A DNA stretch of 63,465 nt, counting the filler, from Octopus bimaculoides (lineage: Eukaryota), in NCBI RefSeq assembly GCF_001194135.2. It is 3 parts of 3 records of this genome, joined end to end, with 100 filler letters (N's around TTAATTAATTAA, not from the genome) between each part and the next. Parts side by side here need not be neighbours in the genome. Positions count along the whole stretch, not along the records: positions 1 to 26,839 come from NC_068996.1; 2 more parts are not named here. One strand, written 5' to 3'. The notes beneath the pieces are model-generated. The model was not told the DNA's origin, did no database searches, and saw only the letters and a list, made by a program, of their open reading frames with translations. Position 1 is the first letter of the stretch. Each line of letters begins with the position of its first letter. The position numbers and the translations under genes were made by a program. Positions 13,430 through 26,138 of the stretch are shown here, one piece after another.

Positions 13430-13711
13430 TTTCTTCTTCTTCCACTTCCACTTCCCTCTTCGTCTTCCACTTCTTCTTCTTCTTTTTCTTCTTCTTCTTC
13501 TTCTTCTTCTTCTTCTTCTTCTTCTTCCACTTCTTCTTCCACTTCTTCTTCCTCTTCTTCTATTTCTTCTTCTTCTTCTTCTTCTTCTTCTTCTTCTTCT
13601 TCCTCNNNNNNNNNNTCTTCTTCCTCTTCCACTTCTACTTCCTCTTCTTTTTCTTCTTCTTCTTCTTCTTCTTCTTCCCCTTCTTCTCCTTCCTCTTCTT
13701 CTCCTTCTTCT

Positions 13712-13743
<32 letters not shown>

Positions 13744-13801
13744 TTCTTCTTCTCCTTCCTCTTCTTCTTCTCCTTCTTCTTCCTCTTCTTCTTCTCCTTC
13801 T

Positions 13802-13833
<32 letters not shown>

Positions 13834-13906
13834 TTCTTCTTCTTCTTCTTCCACTTCCACTTCCCTCTTCTTCTTCTTCTTCTTCTTCTTCTTCTTCTTC
13901 TTCTTC

Positions 13907-13937
<31 letters not shown>

Positions 13938-14087
13938 AATTCCTCTTCCACTTCTACTTCTTCTTCTTCTTCCTCTTCTTCTTCTTCCTCTTCCACATCT
14001 TCTTCTTCTTCCTCTTCTTCTTCTTCCTCTTCCACATCTTCTTCTTCTCCTTCTTCTTCTTCTCCTCCTTCTTCTTCTCCTCCTTCT

Positions 14088-14131
<44 letters not shown>

Positions 14132-14358
14132 TTCTTCCACTTCCACTTCCATCTTCGTGTTCTTCTTCTTTTTTTTCTTCTTCTTCTTCTTCTTCTTCTT
14201 CTTCTTCTTCTTCTTCTTCTACCTCCTCTTCTTCTTCTTCCCCCTCTTCCACTTCTTCTTATCCTTCTTCTCCTTCCTCTTCTTCTTCTTCTTCTTCTTC
14301 TTCTCCTTCTTCTTCTTCCTCTTCTTCTTCTTCTTCTTCGTCTTCTTCTTCTTCTCCT

Positions 14359-14390
<32 letters not shown>

Positions 14391-14700
14391 TTCTTCTTGT
14401 CCTTCTTCTTCTTCCACTTCTTCTTCTTCTTCTTCTTCTTCTTCATCTTCTTCTTTTTCTTCCCCTTCTTCTTCTTCTTCTTCTTCTTTCAATTCTTCTT
14501 CTTCTTCTTCTTCTTCTTCTTTCAATTCTTCTTCTTCTTCTTCTTCTTCTTCTTCTTCTTCTTCTTCTTCCACTTCCACTTCCCTCTTCGTCTTCTTCTT
14601 CTTCTTTTTCTTCTTCTTCTTCTTCTTCTTCTTCTTCTTCTTCTTCTTCTCCTTCTTCTTCTTCTTCTTCTTCTTCTTCTTCTTCGTCTTCTTCTTCTTT
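13430..14700. repeat. ~1.3-kb degenerate (TTC/GAA)n polypyrimidine tract
   Basis: Directly visible. It explains the poly-E, poly-S, poly-K and poly-F ORFs in the track. Confidence 0.97.
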
Positions 14701-14789
14701 TATACTCTTATATTTCTTGAAATTCTTCTCAACGATATTTGCATTTACGTGTCATAAACGAGGAATTACCTTAGACGTTTATTCGTCTG

Positions 14790-15230
14790 GCATTCATTGG
14801 TCTCTGATTGCCTCGATATAACATTAACGAAATTCCTTTAACAGCAGCGTTTCAAGATTACGTAGTTAAAAAGAAGAATTACATCGGGTTATGTGAAGGC
14901 AGTTTCCAAAAACCGCTATGCAAACCATCTATCTTCTTTCCGGCACATCAACAAAAGTAATGCAACTAAGTGGAGTTTGAAAACCATTTCATCACCATTT
15001 ATAATCAAGTGGAGAATCGTGGAGAATCGTGGTGAATCCTGGAGAATCCTGGGGAAATCCAAGACACATGTTAATGGATCTAAGAAATGCAACTGATTCA
15101 TCACAGAAAGATCTCATATTATTGTTAGATCCAGGAATTCCAACACACTGGTTAATTTTAAATATGAAATATTTACCGAGTGCAAACACATGGACAGGTT
15201 TTTTTTGGTCGAACTTGTGGACTCCACTCG
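14790..15230 (+). mobile_element. Penelope-like element remnant, GIY-YIG endonuclease region
   Basis: KNYIGLCEG (YIG at 14880-14888), NRYANHLSSFRH, IKWRI, KKCN and FKYEIFTECKH match the C-terminal GIY-YIG pattern of PLEs. It contains a 10-bp tandem expansion (GGAGAATCGT-like x4) near 15011-15052. Confidence 0.75.
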
Positions 15231-16779
15231 CTCCGGATTGAGTTGTTGCATCGCAGATATTGTCATATTTTCTACCATTTTGTTCTAAACCAGCTTCATT
15301 AATTATGGTTTCTGCAATCAAGGAGGAGAGAGATAGATCTTAGTTTTCCTGCTTTCGTTTGTTTCTTTTCGTTCCTTTGTTCTTTTTTTTTTGTGGGGTT
15401 GCATCTTTGGGTTTTTCTTCTCGTTCCCCCCACCCTCGCTTTCCAGATTGCTAGTTTTTATTTTTAATATACATATAGCTTAAAAAAAAGTCAAAAAGTT
15501 TGCTTCGAAATACATTGTATCATATGAAGTATCATAAAGGCATGAAACAATTAGTAGCGCTTTCGGTTGTATATTAAATTGATAGATATATCAGCTTTAA
15601 TCGAGATGGGAGAAACAATACACATTAATTACTATTTCTGTGAAAAATCCTAAATGCTAAATTTTACTCCTTAATTCACCTGAAGAAAACGGTTTATCAA
15701 GTGATGTATTTGCTTCGTTCTTCAATAAAGAACACATCTGGAATTGTTGGAGTGAACCTCAACCCATCTATGTTATTGCTTACATATGTGTGTGTGTGTA
15801 GGTATGTATATGTATATATATATATATCTATATATCTATCTATATATATANNNNNNNNNNNNNNNNNNNNNNNNNNNNNNNNNNNNNNNNNNNNNNNNNN
15901 NNNNNNNNNNNNNNNNNNNNNNNNNNNNNNNNNNNNNNNNNNNNNNNNNNNNNNNNNNNNNNNNNNNNNNNNNNNNNNNNNNNNNNNNNNNNNNNNNNNN
16001 NNNNNNNNNNNNNNNNNNNNNNNNNNNNNNNNNATATATATATATATATATATACAAACACACACATACACACATATATATACGTATATATACCTGTTGA
16101 GCGTGGTAAAATATATACAAAAGTAGAAACTTTAATTTCGACTTCATCAACAATGTCTGCACTTCTACAGGAAGTAGTTTTGCATTTTTGTTACTTTCCA
16201 AGCGTTGGATAGTGAGATATGCGAGTGTGAAGGAAAAGTGTCAGAAAATACTTCTGCCGTTCTAACCATTTATATTTCTCAATAACTTTTAACTTAGGAA
16301 GCAATAGTATTAACATCAAACAGTTACGTATATTTGGCAGTTATGTGGAACTTCTACTGTGTTTGAGGGAAAAAATATGCTTCAGATAACATTACATGTT
16401 CTTCCTGTTGTAAAACTTATTTCATTTGTATGCATGCAAGATATCACTAAATAACAGTTCATCCTGAACGTCGCTTTTTCCACATAAATAAGGAATATTT
16501 CGAGCAGGCCTTTCAACGATTTCCATGCCGCACTGAAACAGTCAATGAAGTTGGAGGCGAATTGCTAGAATAATCTGATAAATGAGCTAATCGAGAAAAT
16601 GTGCACTGAAGTTTTTAAAACTACATTTGATTTTTCTTCTCGGTTAAACTTGTTTTATAAATTTAGATCTTTTGCAAACAACTTGCAGATGCAAATGTTA
16701 CCATTTCAATGCTCCGCATACCAGATGCTAGCAAGTTTATGGGTCATCAGAAGACAATGTGCGCCCTTTCGAGACTTTC

Positions 16780-18290
16780 CTCTTTCCGGCATCATTGGGC
16801 ACCGGCACCCCTCACTGAAATGAGGCCTCATCTGCTAGATCAGTTGCTTATTAGGTTTCGCTCAATATTTTTCTGACCATTGCTCATCGTCTCTTTTACA
16901 CCAAATCCAATGGCTTACATTCTACACTGTAGTCTGGATATCCGTCATGGTGGTATTTGCGTTACGGTGGTATTTGCGTCATGGTGGTATTTGCCTCGCC
17001 ATAACAACGGCCGCCTTATACTCTGCCCAACAAATCTTCTACAACCGACTTCGATTGGAAACGCTCTGCTTTCCAGCTTGTGTTTTCACATTCATGAGGA
17101 ACCATTAACTTGACTAGACTTAATACTTTCTTTCTTTCACACCATAAAATTATATCCGTGAGTTCGTAACTGGAATGGAAAAGAATCTTTGAATCCCAGG
17201 TATATCTGCAGCCACTTCCCAATAGCCGTTCCCCTTTTCATCGCTCTCAGGAAATTTCTTCTTTTTTAAACGAATCTGCTGTCCTGGACGTACTATTCAT
17301 GAGAGCAATTTGGTTCTTTATAGCATTGAAAATGACCTTAGGGACCAGATTCTGTCTCCAAGTATATGTATTCAATACCAGTGAAGAGTTAGGAGGAATA
17401 TGTCTCAGTGTTCCTACTTTACCGCATGTGCCTTTATCATTTTCTTATACGTTCCATCTTACTAGGTTAGTAGACGATGGTAAGAAATCGTAATATGAAC
17501 GAACAAACCAGCAAACTTAGACGCAAATATATTTCATTCCAACTTATTTTACTGTCAACAACTTGTTCCTCTCATTTCGTTATTTATCCTTGCTGAGAGC
17601 ACTGAATCAAATGAAATATCTCCTCTATTTTCCTTGCTTTGACGCTGTTGATAACAAATCTGTGTTCTCTCCGCAACATGCTTGAAAATAGTCCGAATCG
17701 ATCTGCACCAAATCCAAGTCCCTTCCAATGAATGTCCGTTGCATCCACCATATCTTGGAGCATAAATGACGACGAGATGTCATCAGTCCCTGCATCTGCT
17801 TTCCATTTCCTAACTGTTTTTACAACTGTCGGATTATGCCTGATTTCTATATCCCTCGACTCTCTCAGCATCATCACCGTTCGTACCTTCCCTATTTTAT
17901 AAATTTTGACTATTGATACCAATGGTAACTGTAACGAGCCTCTTTTACGATAAACAGCTGAGCTATTTAATATCCGAGGTAGACCAAGCCACTTTGGAAT
18001 TAACACATTACACATTTGCTCAATGGTCTGAACTCATGACAGTGCCACCTCGTATATTAGAAGTAACCAGCAAATACATCTTCAAAATATCAAACGCATT
18101 TGTATTTAAGAAAGCATTAATATCTCCAGGAACTGTGAAAAGTGTAAGCAACTGTATTTCTCTGTACTTGTGCATGGCTAAGTTTTCAGAATATCGCTGC
18201 ACATGGTTTCTGGTTCGATTTCACTGCGTAGTACCTCGAGCAAGCGTGATCTACTGTAGCTTTGGATCAACCGATACCTTGTGATAGAAT
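16780..18290 (-). mobile_element. Decayed RLE-type LINE, HERO/R2-like
   Basis: ORF 17584..18015 has KWLGLPRILNSSAVYRKRGSLQLP...RESRD...RKWKA...GLG. It is followed by YDFLPSSTNLVRW and YTWRQN, then ELTDIILWCERKKVLSLVKLMVPHE (RPDI.LW...ELTVP.E RLE pattern). Confidence 0.8.
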
Positions 18291-18639
18291 TTAGAAAATA
18301 GAAACGATACAGAAGCCCTTCGTCTATGTACATACACACATGAACTTATACGTATATGTGTATGTTTGTGCACTAACACCTACACATACACACATATATA
18401 CACATCTACGTAGTAGAAAAGTATTTTCAAGCAATACAGCAGTATTAGAAAGCTTAGTTAGAAAAGCTTTAGATTGCCTTTAGTATATTTGAACAGATAC
18501 AGCAAAGGAAGATGAAATCGGTCTATAAACATACCGTCACACACGTTCACACACACACGCGCGCGCGCACACGCACACATACACACACACGCACACTTGC
18601 ATATGTATATGAATGCATTGAGGGTTGGACAAATGAATG

Positions 18640-19250
18640 GCATGACGTGTAGATGAATGTAAAGCTTTGAGACATTTTCGAAAAAACAGTTGTAATTGTT
18701 CCAGATTATAGTAATTTTAATATATCATTACTATACATCTAATAAGCTGACTTGCCAACTCTTCCTATTCCATATTGACGGATACGGTTCTAACAGCACT
18801 TTGAACACACCATACTAAACACTACTTGATACAGCTGACTAGTTTGAACAATGTAGTCAAAACGCGAATTTGGACCAGGAAAATATACCAGTCCAGAGTT
18901 ACATCCATGTAACCAACCACTTGATAGAGGTAGGCATCAAAACTTTTCCTCACTCTCTATATAGTCCAGACTTCAGTTCCTGTGTCTTTTTATTGTTTTA
19001 CAAGCTGAAGGAGTACCTCAGGATCAGCCGTTTTGAAGACATTGTGAAGATGAAGGAGGCTGTGACAAGGATCTTGGACATCTTCCTTTTGGAGTACTAA
19101 TACGGGGCTTTAACGAATTGTTTGGAGCGCTACAATACTTACTTTGACGCCAGAAGATTCTACTCTAAAGGAGGTACCAGTTTTGTGCTTCTATGAAATT
19201 AATAAATGTCTCTCCTAACACAATCTCAAAACTTGTGGAATGAACCTTCT
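18640..19250 (+). mobile_element. Decayed mariner remnant (transposase C-terminus)
   Basis: VTNHLIEVGIKTFPHSLYSPDFSSCVFLLFYKLKEYLRISRFEDIVKMKEAVTRIL is a decayed PHPPYSPDLAPCDF.LF.KLK motif. A TIR-like TCTCAAAACTTGTGGAATGAACC lies at ~19224-19246. Confidence 0.8.
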
Positions 19251-20200
19251 GAACCAATGTATACATGTATTTAAACATTGTCTGTTCGTGTTTGTCGTTC
19301 ACCGTATAATGACCAATGTAGATTAACTTCTCTGAAAGCAAGCAGTTAGCCAAATAGATTCCGATACAATAAATACCACACTTAAAATCGGCCTAAGGAT
19401 TAATTTTCGTCAAATAAAACCTCTTAAAATTTTACCCGCCAAGGCTGTAGTTCAAACTATTGAAACAATCGAATTGAGTGAAAAAATGAATTTTATCAGT
19501 ATTTATCTTGCGATATCTCATTTTCATCTAAAGGAAATCTGTCTCTTTATATAAATTTCACAATTAAAGACAGACATTTACATGACGTGAACATCTAATT
19601 CACCTTTTGCAATTAATGATGACAAAAACTGTCTGATAAATTAATGAAGGATAATATAGCAAATGAATTATATAACAAATGAATTATATAGCAAATGAAT
19701 AACAAAGGTTTCGCCAAAACCATCTTGTTTGAAAATAGTTGCAAATTGTCTTTGCAGAAATCTGTAAAAAGGTATGATAGTTTAGACAATGTAGTTCTTA
19801 ATGCATTAAAAATGGGGAAAACTGTAAGATTTACACAAATAAATTGCTTTTCATTATTGGTTTGCACGTTCAGAGTTGGCATATAACAAAACAAAAACAA
19901 TAACAATGCTCTTATGTTTTATGTCAATGCGTTTAATTTTCAGAAAGCTCAGTTCACTTTGTTGTAGATTTGTCTATGTATTGGTTAAGCTTTCCATTTC
20001 AAACAGTTAAACAGTTGCATACTAAAATAGATTGCCTCCACTGAGTTCAGATATTTGGGAGATGAATCTTTTAAAGAGGAATTAACCCAGACTAGATTCC
20101 TTAGCAACACATTATACCAAACAACCCAATGGCTAATAATTTTCTTCCTTTCTTTCCCTATATTTCCCTATATTTCCTATTCTCTCTCTCAGTTTCTTTA

Positions 20201-20291
<91 letters not shown>

Positions 20292-20346
20292 NNNNNNNNN
20301 NNNNNNNNNNNNNNNNNNNNNNNNNNNNNNNNNNNNNNNNNNNNNN

Positions 20347-20381
<35 letters not shown>

Positions 20382-20400
20382 CTACCTATCTATACATATG

Positions 20401-20559
20401 TATTCTGTTGTGCCTGGGGAGAGTCATTTTCTTATTGTGCCTTGAAATTTAACACACTCACCGTTAAAATTTCCAAGAAATAAGTGGAAATTTTAACGGT
20501 GAGTGTGTTAAATTTCAAGGCACATTAAGAAAATGACTCTCTCCAGACACAACAGAATA
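20401..20559. repeat. Near-perfect foldback: 75-bp arms, 9-nt spacer, 3 mismatches
   Basis: 20401-20475 is the reverse complement of 20485-20559; the spacer is AGAAATAAG. Confidence 0.95.
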
Positions 20560-21299
20560 TGCTTCAACACACGAAATCATATAAAAAATCTTGCAAACCA
20601 AATCCGAAAACGAAATATACATATATATATATATATAGCTATCTCTCTGTCTATATCTATCTACCTATCTATCTATCTATCCAATTCTCTTATATGCATA
20701 CTCTTCATCTATTTACCTCCCTATGTATCTCGTAAACTATACTCTAGAGAATTATTTACGAATAAATAACGCCCTGCACGTAGAAATATAGGATAATACA
20801 TTCTGCTTTTAATTGTTGAAATCGAAGTAGAAATGTTAAAAATCATAGCATGCAAATACTAGATTTTAGAAGTATTAAAAAGTCGAAGGCTTTCCTTTCG
20901 GACACGAAGTCACATCAGTACAAATGACAAACGTTCTACCATTTAACCAAAGCAACTCTTTAAAATTATCTCTCTTTTTTAGGACTGTATACTTATTAGC
21001 GAGCATCGTACGTTTATAAACTCTTATGACGTCTATGATATATATATTAATTGATGAGTATGAAGAAATTTCAATTTTCTTTTCGCACTCTTTAGTTAAT
21101 TCATTGTACGCCGAAATTTATAGAGGCAATATATTTTCATCAGAAAATTAACAACGGACAAAAGTTATGATTATGTTTTTAAGAAGTTCCTTACAAAACC
21201 ATGTTTGCTTCCACAGTTTGAGGCAATTTGTATACGGAAAATATATGACGGAAAATATTACAGAAAACCGCGATGCGTGTGTGCGTGATGACACACACG

Positions 21300-21500
21300 C
21301 ATGTATGTGTATATGTTATGTTATGTTATGTATGTATGTATGTATGTATGTATGTATGCATGTATGTATGTATGTATGTATGTATGCATGTATGTATGTA
21401 TGTATGTATGCATGTATGTATGTTTGTATGTATGCATGTATGTATGCATGTATGTATGTATGCATACATACATTTATGTATTTACTTATTCATTCATGTA
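21300..21500. repeat. (TATG)n microsatellite with TGCA variants
   Basis: Directly visible; it abuts the 3' end of the RLE LINE. Confidence 0.95.
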
Positions 21501-22046
21501 TGTTAATGCGCATGTATTGTCTCTTGTAGTTTCAATTATCTTTTATCTGACGAAGGAGCTGGTTTCTGACGAAATACAAAGCTCCAGGTGAAATGTAGAT
21601 AACAAACATAACGTCCTATTTTAAACTTGAGATAGCCTCATATATTTTTGGTGTTCCACTTATAAATTGTATTTGCAATATTCGCATTAGTTGGTTGATT
21701 TCTTTTTCTGAAAACCCTTGATTATCCCGATTCGCACTTAGGTATTTACTCATAAAATCAAAAGCTAGAATCATTATTTTTGATATAAATTTATAGTACG
21801 GATATAGGAACTGGAGGTTTCAAAGCAGTTCTCCATACTTATCCCCTTTCTCTTTGATTTTCAAAGATATTCACAGCAACAAGACAGCTAACCTCAATGA
21901 CGGTACATATTTTTCATGTCTGTCCCAAATAACACCATTCGGCCTGTTATGTATACAACTGACAGATATTTTGATGGGAATGGTCCACCAGTATTCCTTG
22001 TGTTGATGTTTTTGTATGTATTCAATAACAGTGGAATCTCTATATA

Positions 22047-23291
22047 TCAGGTCATCCCATAAGTTCTGTCCGAATTTTGAATAAAGAAGACAAGTGATCA
22101 AATGTTATATTTGATTGAAATTTAATCATCAGTCTACTTTCCTTGATTATCTATGACTTCCTTCCATCTATTTACAAGCTTTTTAATCCCATCAATGTAA
22201 AACCGTTTTGGTTTCAAAACGAAGAACTCATAAACGTCAGTTTCGACCTCCTCCTGGCTTGCGAAACTTATGTCCCCCAAATGATTTTGTAAACTACGAA
22301 ACAAATGGTAGTCTGAAGGAGCAAGGTCGGGAGAATAAGGTGGATGAGGAATTTTTTCCCAACCAATCTCTTTGATCTTCTGTGATGTGATATTTGCAGT
22401 GTGGGGTCGCGTATTGTCCTGATGAAACATCACTCCTTTTTGACTTCCTAAAGCGGGTCTTTTTTTCTTCAAAGCTTGGTTCAAACGCTCTAATTGCTGA
22501 CAGTAGACTTGAGCATTGATTGTTGCATTAGGTGGTAACAATTCAAAGTGAATTACTCCTTTGCAATCCCACCAGATACAGAGAAGAACCTTTTTCCCAT
22601 GAAGTTTCTTTCTCGGTTGTGGTTGAGCTTTTTCCCTTTTAACAAGCCANNNNNNNNNNNNNNNNNNNNNNNNNNNNNNNNNNNNNNNNNNNNNNNNNNN
22701 NNNNNNNNNNNNNNNNNNNNNNNNNNNNNNNNNNNNNNNNNNNNNNNNNNNNNNNNNNNNNNNNNNNNNNNNNNNNNNNNNNNNNNNNNNNNNNNNNNNN
22801 NNNNNNNNNNNNNNNNNNNNNNNNNNNNNNNNNNNNNNNNNNNNNNNNNNNNNNNNNNNNNNNNNNNNNNNNNNNNNNNNNNNNNNNNNNNNNNNNNNNN
22901 NNNNNNNNNNNNNNNNNNNNNNNNNNNNNNNCTTCAAGGCCGAAATCTCCACTTCTGAATTTTGCAAACCATCTTCTGCAAGTTCTTTCATTCAAGCATT
23001 CTTTCCCATAAACTGAGTGTATGTTTCGAGTCGCTTCGGCTGCAGAGTTTCCTTGTTTTGTACTCATAAAGCATTATGTACCTCAAATGCTCTTTGGATA
23101 CTTCCATGTTAGAAAGGGTTTTAATCAAAGAAATTTTAATTCTATTATTCTGTAAAATAATATTTAATTAGTTTAAATGTACACAAATGCATAAAAATAA
23201 TTTTTAATTCCATTAGACATTCTAAAATACTAATAAATTACATTCAATTCTAAAAAAGGTAAAATCGGACAGAACTTATGGGATGACCTGA
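22047..23291 (-). mobile_element. Mariner (DD34D) DNA transposon, full length, with perfect 27-bp TIRs and TA target duplication
   Basis: TIR TCAGGTCATCCCATAAGTTCTGTCCGA at 22047-22073 has its exact reverse complement at 23265-23291. TA flanks both ends (22045-46, 23292-93). Length is 1245 bp including a 282-N gap. Confidence 0.97.
22134..23107 (-). pseudogene. Mariner transposase, frameshifted near the N-terminus, partly in an assembly gap
   Basis: ATG at 23107 gives MEVSKEHLRYIMLYEYK, then a frameshift into QGNSAAEATRNI...WFAKFRSGDF. The C-terminal part has KKVLLCIWWD, HQDNTRPH and HPPYSPDLAPSDYHLFRSL, with exactly 34 residues between the last two catalytic Asp. The first Asp lies in the gap. 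Confidence 0.92.
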
Positions 23292-24426
23292 TATATTCTC
23301 ATACCGGCCATTTTCCAAATGGCATTGTGCGTTGTTGTTGTTTTTTTTTTCGATAACATCGTATCTAATAAGGAGGTAGTACCTTGAAATATTTGCGCAG
23401 CTGTGATGTCTTTCACAGAAATGACATAATTCTACATTTTTGTTTAGATCTTGGATCTCTAAGGGCTACACTGTCTCTTCTATTAGGTATCTCGTAGTAA
23501 TTTCCTGTTCTTGGATTGTAAATGCATAATCGCCGAAGTGTGATGTGATGTACGGTCACGATTACAAAAGAGGAGGCTATACTTCATGTCCTTATTAATG
23601 TCTTATTCAAGTCTTCGATAAACAAAGCTGGCGAAGACTTTCTTTCTTTTTTCTTTTTTTGCTTAGCGTTACACATCTATATTTTCTCTATCTGGTGGTT
23701 TTGGAATTGCATAGGAGGTCATCACAAAGAGAATTCTTGCTGAGAATCTCACTGCTGACATATAGGATGTTGTTATTTTTGATATTCAACACTAATTTTA
23801 TGTATTTATTTTTGCTGCTGGTGTTTAGAAGGTGCTGTATGACAGGACCCTATGATATTCAAACATTGTTTGTTCTGATATGAAACCCCACTTCCTTCAT
23901 CTCTTCCTAGGTAGAACCTGTTGATATACTGTTTCTGCATAAGTTTCCACTGGATATCAGGGTCTTACGGGTTTCAACGTTTTTAGAATGGATTTCCTCT
24001 ACAGACAAGTAAGTATCCCAAATGTTGGTATCAGCTCTGATACTGCTAATGCATCGTGGGATATTGGTTTGTTGTAAAAAGAGAGTTGCGGCTGTCATAT
24101 TCTTCTAAGTCTAGTATAATACTATCAGGTCGTTGTAACTTTATTCTCAATATCTTTTCAGCAATGCTTAGACATTGTTTGCATTCTTTGTATCGGACAG
24201 AACAGGCAGTGAGACTTCATGCACAGGTTTTAGATCTGGGGACCTGATTTTCCACGTTCAACAATCAAATACGAACATTTTTATAAGCAAAGTCCATGTT
24301 TATGTCCGTTGAAAATGCTGTTATTAACTCAAGCTGATTTTTGGTATTGTTAAACATAAATATTTTAAACATAAATCTTCAGATCATCCATGAAGAAATT
24401 ACGAATTACATTAATATCACTAGCAG

Positions 24427-24511
24427 TTGCATCTAGCCATTTCCAAGCATGTATGTATGTATGTATGCATATGGATGTATGTATGCATGCATGCATATGT
24501 ATGTGTGTATG

Positions 24512-24542
<31 letters not shown>

Positions 24543-24780
24543 GTATGTATCTATGTATGCATATGGATGTATGTATGTATGTATGTATGTATGCATATGG
24601 ATGTATGTATGCATGCATATGTATGTATGTATGTATGTATGCTTGCATGCATGAATGGGTGAGTATGTATGTATATGTGTATATATGTATCTGTGTGCGT
24701 GTGCATGTATGTTTGTGTGTGTGTATGTATCTATCTGTGTATGTGTGTGTGTATATGTATGAATGTATGTACGTCTTTTT
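24427..24780. repeat. (TATG)n microsatellite with GCATATGGATG variants
   Basis: Directly visible; it abuts the 5' truncation point of the RLE LINE. Confidence 0.95.
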
Positions 24781-25870
24781 GTGAATGCCTTCTACGTTGT
24801 ATATCACTTGCGATTGCTCACTAAAAGATAACACAACTCATTAGGCGCATTGAAGCATTCCGATTAGCAGAAGCTGATAGAATGGTTACTTTAGTAAGTA
24901 AACATTAGAGTATTACGTAATTGATTATCTTTCTTTGAAACAGTGCTACAGTATGGTCACCGACTTAAACTAATAACACGTTAAGAGAAGAATAAAAATG
25001 ACTAAAGTATACTAATGATTGCCTGCAAAGCTACATTCAAAAAGTGTAAGGAGATAGTATGAGGAATGTAACAGAGAATGTGTTCTACATAAAGTTTGAC
25101 GTTTCTAAGTTTATTTCGAGAAAATTTCAAGATGGTAAAAAGCAAAGATGAAATGATTTTAGAATTGTACCATCATCTGCATTAAAAGTAACAGTATTAT
25201 TTGTTTGAAGTAACCGGAGGAAACCGTAATAATATTAATAGCAATAATGTCTGATTGCATATCTTCCAATTTTATATGTCGTAGGCTAACGCAATTGGTC
25301 AAGTTAGCAAACACGTTTGTAAAATCCGATTGTTCATCATCATCATCATTATTAATAATCGGTAACGGCAGCATTGACGGTCGTCAGTATACGGCATCAT
25401 TTTTTTTTCTTCTTTATATATTTGTACCATGGTTAGTTACTTTACGAAAACAATGTATTTTGTCATTCTCTATTATAAAGGAAGCAAAGACAAAATACTT
25501 TTGTGCAATACACTCTAAAGGATTGTGTGAAAGCATTCAGTTATTGGTGAAGAAAAACATCGCTGTGGCGGACAATGAGAAGCGGATTGCTTTTAGAGAT
25601 GGATAGGAATTCTTCATTTACTAAACTATTCCGTGATATTTGAGGTTAGAAAAACAAAGCAAAAACGAGATTACTGTCTCCTAGCTTTGATATGGGAAAT
25701 ATATATGGCAAGTTCAGAGAAGACGTAAATGGTTGAATAATAGTAATAAGAATAATAACAATTTTACTATGCAAGGAAAGGCTAAGCTCGAAATAGGTAT
25801 ACCGTTTAAAGAAGTGTAGAAGAAAAACAGCGAGTGCTTTTACGATAGTGTTGAGCACGTTATATGATAT

Positions 25871-25907
<37 letters not shown>

Positions 25908-26100
25908 CACACCTACACATATATAATATGCGCGTACACACACACACACACACACATAGACACACATATATAATATGCGCATACACACACGCACACACAC
26001 ACATATATATATATATATTATGCGCATACACATACACACATATGTATGTATAAATTATGTGCGTGTCTGTGTATATGTATACACACACACAAAGTCAAAC

Positions 26101-26135
<35 letters not shown>

Positions 26136-26138
<3 letters not shown>

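Larger units (their letters stand above)
21500..24430 (-). mobile_element. 5'-truncated RLE-type non-LTR retrotransposon (R4/Dong-like, clade tentative), interrupted by the mariner
   Basis: Minus-strand motifs: FFMDDLKIY (24374-24397), PTFGIL..EEI..ETRKTL, QEQEITTRYL..KCR-like zinc knuckle region, EYWWTIPIK..HNRPNGVIWDRH (RLE PD-like region), DKYGELL*NLQFLYPYYKF, and GFSEKEINQLMRILQIQFISGT before a stop near 21617. A 3' UTR hairpin lies at ~21543-21602, followed by a (CATA)n tail. Confidence 0.88.

Noticed and set aside
13393-14720. Long poly-E, poly-S, poly-R, poly-K and poly-F ORFs
   Set aside because: They are translations of the degenerate (TTC)n tract in all frames, with no domain, splice or codon evidence. 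The same applies to the HT/CV/YI/MYVC-type ORFs throughout the window.
16943-16993. Three tandem 17-bp units (CGTCATGGTGGTATTTG) as a possible CRISPR-like array
   Set aside because: There are no spacers and the DNA is eukaryotic; this is a local tandem duplication inside a decayed LINE.
21543-21602. Plus-strand hammerhead look-alike (CTGACGA...GGAGCT/AGCTCC...GAAATGTA-GATAA)
   Set aside because: Stem II is not adjacent to GAAA (extra AGGT) and stem I is out of register by one base. It is more simply the antisense of the RLE LINE 3' UTR stem-loop.
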